From contig JAEEQC010000002.1 of assembly GCA_016285135.1 (NCBI GenBank), forward strand, positions 515 to 64,514: a DNA stretch of 64,000 nt, read 5' to 3'. Made by a program: the position numbers and the translations under genes. How positions within the stretch are numbered: position 1 is the stretch's first letter; each line of letters starts with the position of its first letter. The stretch comes from Lachnospiraceae bacterium (lineage in GTDB: Bacteria; Bacillota; Clostridia; Lachnospirales; Lachnospiraceae). Below, in pieces: positions 61,033 to 64,000 of this stretch. Below the pieces are notes generated by a model. That model saw only the letters and a program-made list of their open reading frames with translations, did no database searches and was not told the DNA's origin.

Positions 61033-61560
61033 ATGAAACAGAACCCTATCGTTACGATCACCATGAATGACGGAGGCACTATCAAGGCAGAGCTTTACCC
61101 CGAGATCGCGCCCAACACAGTTAATAACTTCATCTCACTTATCAAAAAAGGCTTCTACGACGGAACAATCTTCCACAGGACCATCGAAGGCTTTATGATA
61201 CAGGGCGGTGATCCGACAGGCACAGGCATGGGCGGCCCCGGCTACTCCATTAAGGGTGAGTTCTCTGACAACGGATTTAAGAACGACCTTAAGCATTCAC
61301 GCGGAGTCCTTTCAATGGCTCGCTCCATGATGCCCGATTCAGCAGGATCCCAGTTCTTTATCATGCACGAGGACTCTCCTCACCTTGACGGACAGTACGC
61401 TTCTTTCGGAAAGGTACTTGAAGGAATGGATGTTGTTGACAGTATCGCTACCACTAGGACGGATTATAGCGACAGACCGATAAAAGAACAGATGATGAAG
61501 AGCGTGACTGTTGAACTTTTCGGAGAAGATTATCCTGAGCCCGAGTGCTCTAAGAGATGA
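61033..61560 (+). CDS. ppiB: Peptidyl-prolyl cis-trans isomerase, cyclophilin type
   Basis: FHRTIEGFMIQGGDPTGTGMGGPGY ... LSMARSMMPDSAGSQFFI ... LDGQYASFGKVLEGMDVV. Confidence 0.92.
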   Translation: MKQNPIVTITMNDGGTIKAELYPEIAPNTVNNFISLIKKGFYDGTIFHRTIEGFMIQGGDPTGTGMGGPGYSIKGEFSDNGFKNDLKHSRGVLSMARSMMPDSAGSQFFIMHEDSPHLDGQYASFGKVLEGMDVVDSIATTRTDYSDRPIKEQMMKSVTVELFGEDYPEPECSKR

Positions 61561-61654
61561 CCGGGTTACCAACTTTTTCTTATATCTTCTCCCGAAGACC
61601 GGAATGAGTATATGTCTGTCTTCGAATGAGTAAGAATAAACCCGTATAAAAATT

Positions 61655-61684
61655 GACCTGCTTTAATATCGTAAAGCAGGTCAT
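61655..61684. terminator. Bidirectional terminator between convergent ppiB and the FliD-like gene
   Basis: Perfect 12-bp stem tgacctgcttta / taaagcaggtca, flanked by an A-run upstream and a T-rich tail downstream. Confidence 0.7.
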
Positions 61685-61705
61685 TCTTTATGTATGCCGA
61701 TCCGA

Positions 61706-62422
61706 TCAGGTCAACTGGTTTATCATGGCTGAGGGATTTATGTCTCCGTAGCGCATGCCGTCACGAGAGTAAACCGAACCGGTGAGGTTCTTGTTAACAG
61801 CGGCCGCAGCTTCTCTTGAAACTGTGAGGGCACGGGTCATCACTCTGCCGAAGAATGAATCCTTGCCCTTAGTGAGTGTAGTAACATCCGAAAGAGATGC
61901 ATTATCAAACTTTGCCTCATCAAAGGAAAGCTTGTTGCCTTCTCCGATCGTAATGCCGATATCCGAAAGAACACCCGAGTTTCCTTCGGTACCCTTAGTC
62001 ATCCATAAAACATTACGAAGAACTGATGTGTTGTCAACCTCACTGCCTGAATCAATGAGCTTGTTGTAATCCTCAACAACTTTCTTTATGGAGGTTTTGA
62101 GTTCCTCCCTGTTCTCGTCTGAAACAGCAACACCCGAAAGATCGGCGATCGACGAAGCGAGTGCCTTGGAATCCGTGTTTGCCGCTACGAGATTGATCTT
62201 CTCTTTTTTGCCGGCATCAAGAGAATCAGAATTGTCGGAGAGCGTCTTGCTTCTGGTGGAATTGCCGTAATAGGAATTAAGAAGCTTTTTATAAGCTCCG
62301 CTTTTTATAAGGTTATAATCCGAAACATTAGGAAAAGCAGCTCCTGATGCGGAGCCGGTGCTCTGTGATGAAAAGATCCAATTCATCCCGCCGGATGAAT
62401 TACCGATTGAATTAAGTGCCAT
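61706..62422 (-). CDS. Hypothetical protein with weak FliD (flagellar cap) C-terminal-like features
   Basis: ATG at 62422, 8 nt after GGAGG. Segments VVEDYNKLIDS and LSDIGITIGEGNKLSFDEAKF recall FliD but the protein is only 238 aa. No confident family call. Confidence 0.45.
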   Translation of the reverse strand: MALNSIGNSSGGMNWIFSSQSTGSASGAAFPNVSDYNLIKSGAYKKLLNSYYGNSTRSKTLSDNSDSLDAGKKEKINLVAANTDSKALASSIADLSGVAVSDENREELKTSIKKVVEDYNKLIDSGSEVDNTSVLRNVLWMTKGTEGNSGVLSDIGITIGEGNKLSFDEAKFDNASLSDVTTLTKGKDSFFGRVMTRALTVSREAAAAVNKNLTGSVYSRDGMRYGDINPSAMINQLT

Positions 62423-62490
62423 AATACCGACCTCCTTGTCCATATTACACAAACGATTAACTTGCCTACCTGAAACTGAAATGTACGGGA

Positions 62491-63324
62491 TTACGATGTC
62501 ATAGCCAGATTGATCTGGTAAGCCATCTGATAGTTGTAGGCTGCCATTGCTTCCCTGATAACGGGATTGTTCTCGGGCTGTGTTGCTTCCTGAACCTGCT
62601 CACGTGTTTCTACTTCTTCGATCGTGGGCTCAAGAAGTCTGTCGGCACCGGGCTCAACAAGATCTTCGGGAGCAAGGTTAACGGGAGAAGTAACGGGCTG
62701 TTCTTCTACTTCGTTAACGAACTCGACATCAGAAAGATCTTCAACAATCTCCACTTCATCGGCTGCAGGCTCTGTCTCTTCAAAAAGAACCTCGTTCTCA
62801 ATGTCCGAAGCCTGATTGTCATAGATCGTCTGAAGAGAATCGTCTTCAGCGGGCTCATAGAGCTGCTCTTCAAAGCGGTCTTCGATCTCGTTCGCTACGT
62901 CGTACGTGTTCAGTCCTCTGTTGTCAGCAGTTTCGGTATCGATACCGTTCCTGTTCCCCATAACACCGTTGATTCCCTCATCAGCCGTCTCATCCGTGAT
63001 CCGGTCTTCCTGTGTCTGCTCGGTGTTCTCAGGAGCTGCTGTTCTGTCGTCAAGATAATCACTCTGCATCTGATCGTAGTAATTATCAAAACTCTTTGAT
63101 AATACAGCCATCGACTGAAGTGCAGCCTGACCCATGCTCGAGATGCTAACGGTATATGCGGGTGTATTCTCGGCAACGTAGGCCTGCTCAACTTCTCTGA
63201 CGACACTGTAATTATCCGAGACTTTGTCGGGAGCCTCTACTTTATGAACAGGTCCGCTGTGACTGATCGGATAATCGTGCCTGTCGTTACTGAACAGACC
63301 ACGTTCTGTAATGTACACGTTCAT
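62491..63324 (-). CDS. Hypothetical highly acidic protein
   Basis: ATG at 63324, 8 nt after AAGGAGG. The central and C-terminal two thirds are rich in D/E/Q (EDRITDETADEG, EEQLYEPAEDDS, EPAADEVEIVEDLSDVEFVNEVEEQ). No recognisable domain. Confidence 0.55.
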   Translation of the reverse strand: MNVYITERGLFSNDRHDYPISHSGPVHKVEAPDKVSDNYSVVREVEQAYVAENTPAYTVSISSMGQAALQSMAVLSKSFDNYYDQMQSDYLDDRTAAPENTEQTQEDRITDETADEGINGVMGNRNGIDTETADNRGLNTYDVANEIEDRFEEQLYEPAEDDSLQTIYDNQASDIENEVLFEETEPAADEVEIVEDLSDVEFVNEVEEQPVTSPVNLAPEDLVEPGADRLLEPTIEEVETREQVQEATQPENNPVIREAMAAYNYQMAYQINLAMTS

Positions 63325-63396
63325 GCGCAGAGCCTCCTTTCCAAAAAATCTCATAGTACTTCATCTTCTTATACTTAATCTCTCTATACACGAAAC

Positions 63397-63415
63397 TTGT
63401 GTCAAAATTGTGTCA
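63397..63415. promoter_or_regulatory. Direct repeat TTGTGTCA-N3-TTGTGTCA in a divergent intergenic region
   Basis: Two identical octamers at 63397-63404 and 63408-63415, 11 bp apart centre to centre (one helical turn). This is a candidate regulator binding site. Confidence 0.3.
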
Positions 63416-63560
63416 TATAGCACTTGTTTTTAAACTTTTTTTGTTGTATAACATATTTATATGAAAATTGTGGATTTGATAGCGTAAAACAAAGATAATC
63501 TCATGCTCTTTCGATTATCGCAATGAAATTATTATCAAGGATTAAGAAAGGAGGGTTCAC

Positions 63561-63764
63561 ATGTCATATACAGATGCCAGGTTTGCGCCCATCCTTCCTT
63601 TCGATCAGACCGGCTTTGATAATTTCATCATCTACAACCCCACCGGCTACACCAGAGATCTTTCGATCTCAGAGGACGACGAACCGCTCAAGATGCACAA
63701 CCCCAACATGATCAAGTATTTCAGGTGTGAAAACACAGAACCCATAAAAATCGGAGGCGACTAA
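63561..63764 (+). CDS. Small hypothetical protein (67 aa)
   Basis: Strong RBS AAGAAAGGAGGG 6 nt before the ATG, own hairpin terminator, non-repetitive composition. No family recognised. Confidence 0.6.
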   Translation: MSYTDARFAPILPFDQTGFDNFIIYNPTGYTRDLSISEDDEPLKMHNPNMIKYFRCENTEPIKIGGD

Positions 63765-63788
63765 AGAGTCACCTCCGATTTTTATGGG
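63741..63788 (+). terminator. Long hairpin terminator overlapping the end of the 67-aa ORF
   Basis: cccataaaaatcggagg (63741-63757) pairs perfectly with cctccgatttttatggg (63772-63788). The T-run lies inside the 3' arm, a bidirectional-type design. Confidence 0.65.
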
Positions 63789-63829
63789 TTTAATCCTTCA
63801 TTCGCGTCTGATAACGGTTCACATATGCA

Positions 63830-63994
63830 CTAGTATAACGGTCGTAAAATAACTGGACTAATGCGCCGAATGCTTGCCCGAGAGTACTTGCCTGAAAACG
63901 TAGGCGTAGCGGGCTACGTTGAGGCTTTCAGGCATGTGCTATCGGGATAAGCAGGCAAGCATTTGGTCCAGTTATTTAAGATCCGTTATACTAG
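63830..63994. repeat. ~165-nt long imperfect palindrome (structured RNA or MITE/REP-like element), copy B
   Basis: ctagtataacgg (63830-63841) / ccgttatactag (63983-63994); aaataactggac / gtccagttattt; ccgaatgcttgcc / ggcaagcatttgg (one G-U); cctgaaa / tttcagg; apical aacgtag-gcgtagcggg-ctacgtt. Confidence 0.6.
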
Positions 63995-64000
63995 ATCCTT

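Noticed and set aside
1-64000. Mobile elements, prophage, defence systems, CRISPR arrays, rRNA/tRNA genes
   Set aside because: I scanned both strands and the ORF track. I saw no transposase, integrase, recombinase, restriction-modification, Cas or toxin-antitoxin signatures, no repeat-spacer arrays, and no rRNA- or tRNA-like sequence in any intergenic gap.

Overview
This is a 64-kb chromosomal segment from an anaerobic, motile, plant-polysaccharide-degrading Firmicute. The Clostridia-like assignment rests on gene order (ylxM-ffh-rpsP-KH-rimM-trmD ... rplS-lepB-rbgA-rnhB-yraN ... der-plsY-gpsA) and on FapA/CheX, a [FeFe]-hydrogenase maturase and GH43/GH5 genes. There are about 60 protein genes, all but five on the minus strand. 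I saw no rRNA, tRNA, CRISPR array, transposase, integrase or phage genes. Core housekeeping blocks lie at 1-13.5 kb and 25.3-29.2 kb. An ~11.7-kb accessory block (13.55-25.24 kb) splits the normally adjacent trmD and rplS. It carries the strongest lead: a nitrogenase-like NifH/NifD/NifK-type reductase embedded in a FecBCD/BtuCDF-type ABC importer operon, bracketed by an orphan HydF GTPase and a TM1266-type small regulator, plus a methyltransferase and two glycoside hydrolases. Other leads are: (1) a CHASE2 class III cyclase co-transcribed with an unusual TIM-barrel + GAF + HD-GYP fusion protein; (2) a GGGtGRT-family protein paired with an IscU-like scaffold; (3) an Mrp/Mbh-like membrane module with four tandem antiporter-like subunits and no MrpEFG; (4) an AT-rich ABC cluster with two paralogous ~500-aa permeases flanking a GntR regulator; (5) a membrane-anchored MutS paralogue 4 nt upstream of mutS; (6) two ~150-165-nt intergenic long-hairpin elements with related termini. 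All product calls come from motifs read in the translated ORFs. No database search or computation was run.
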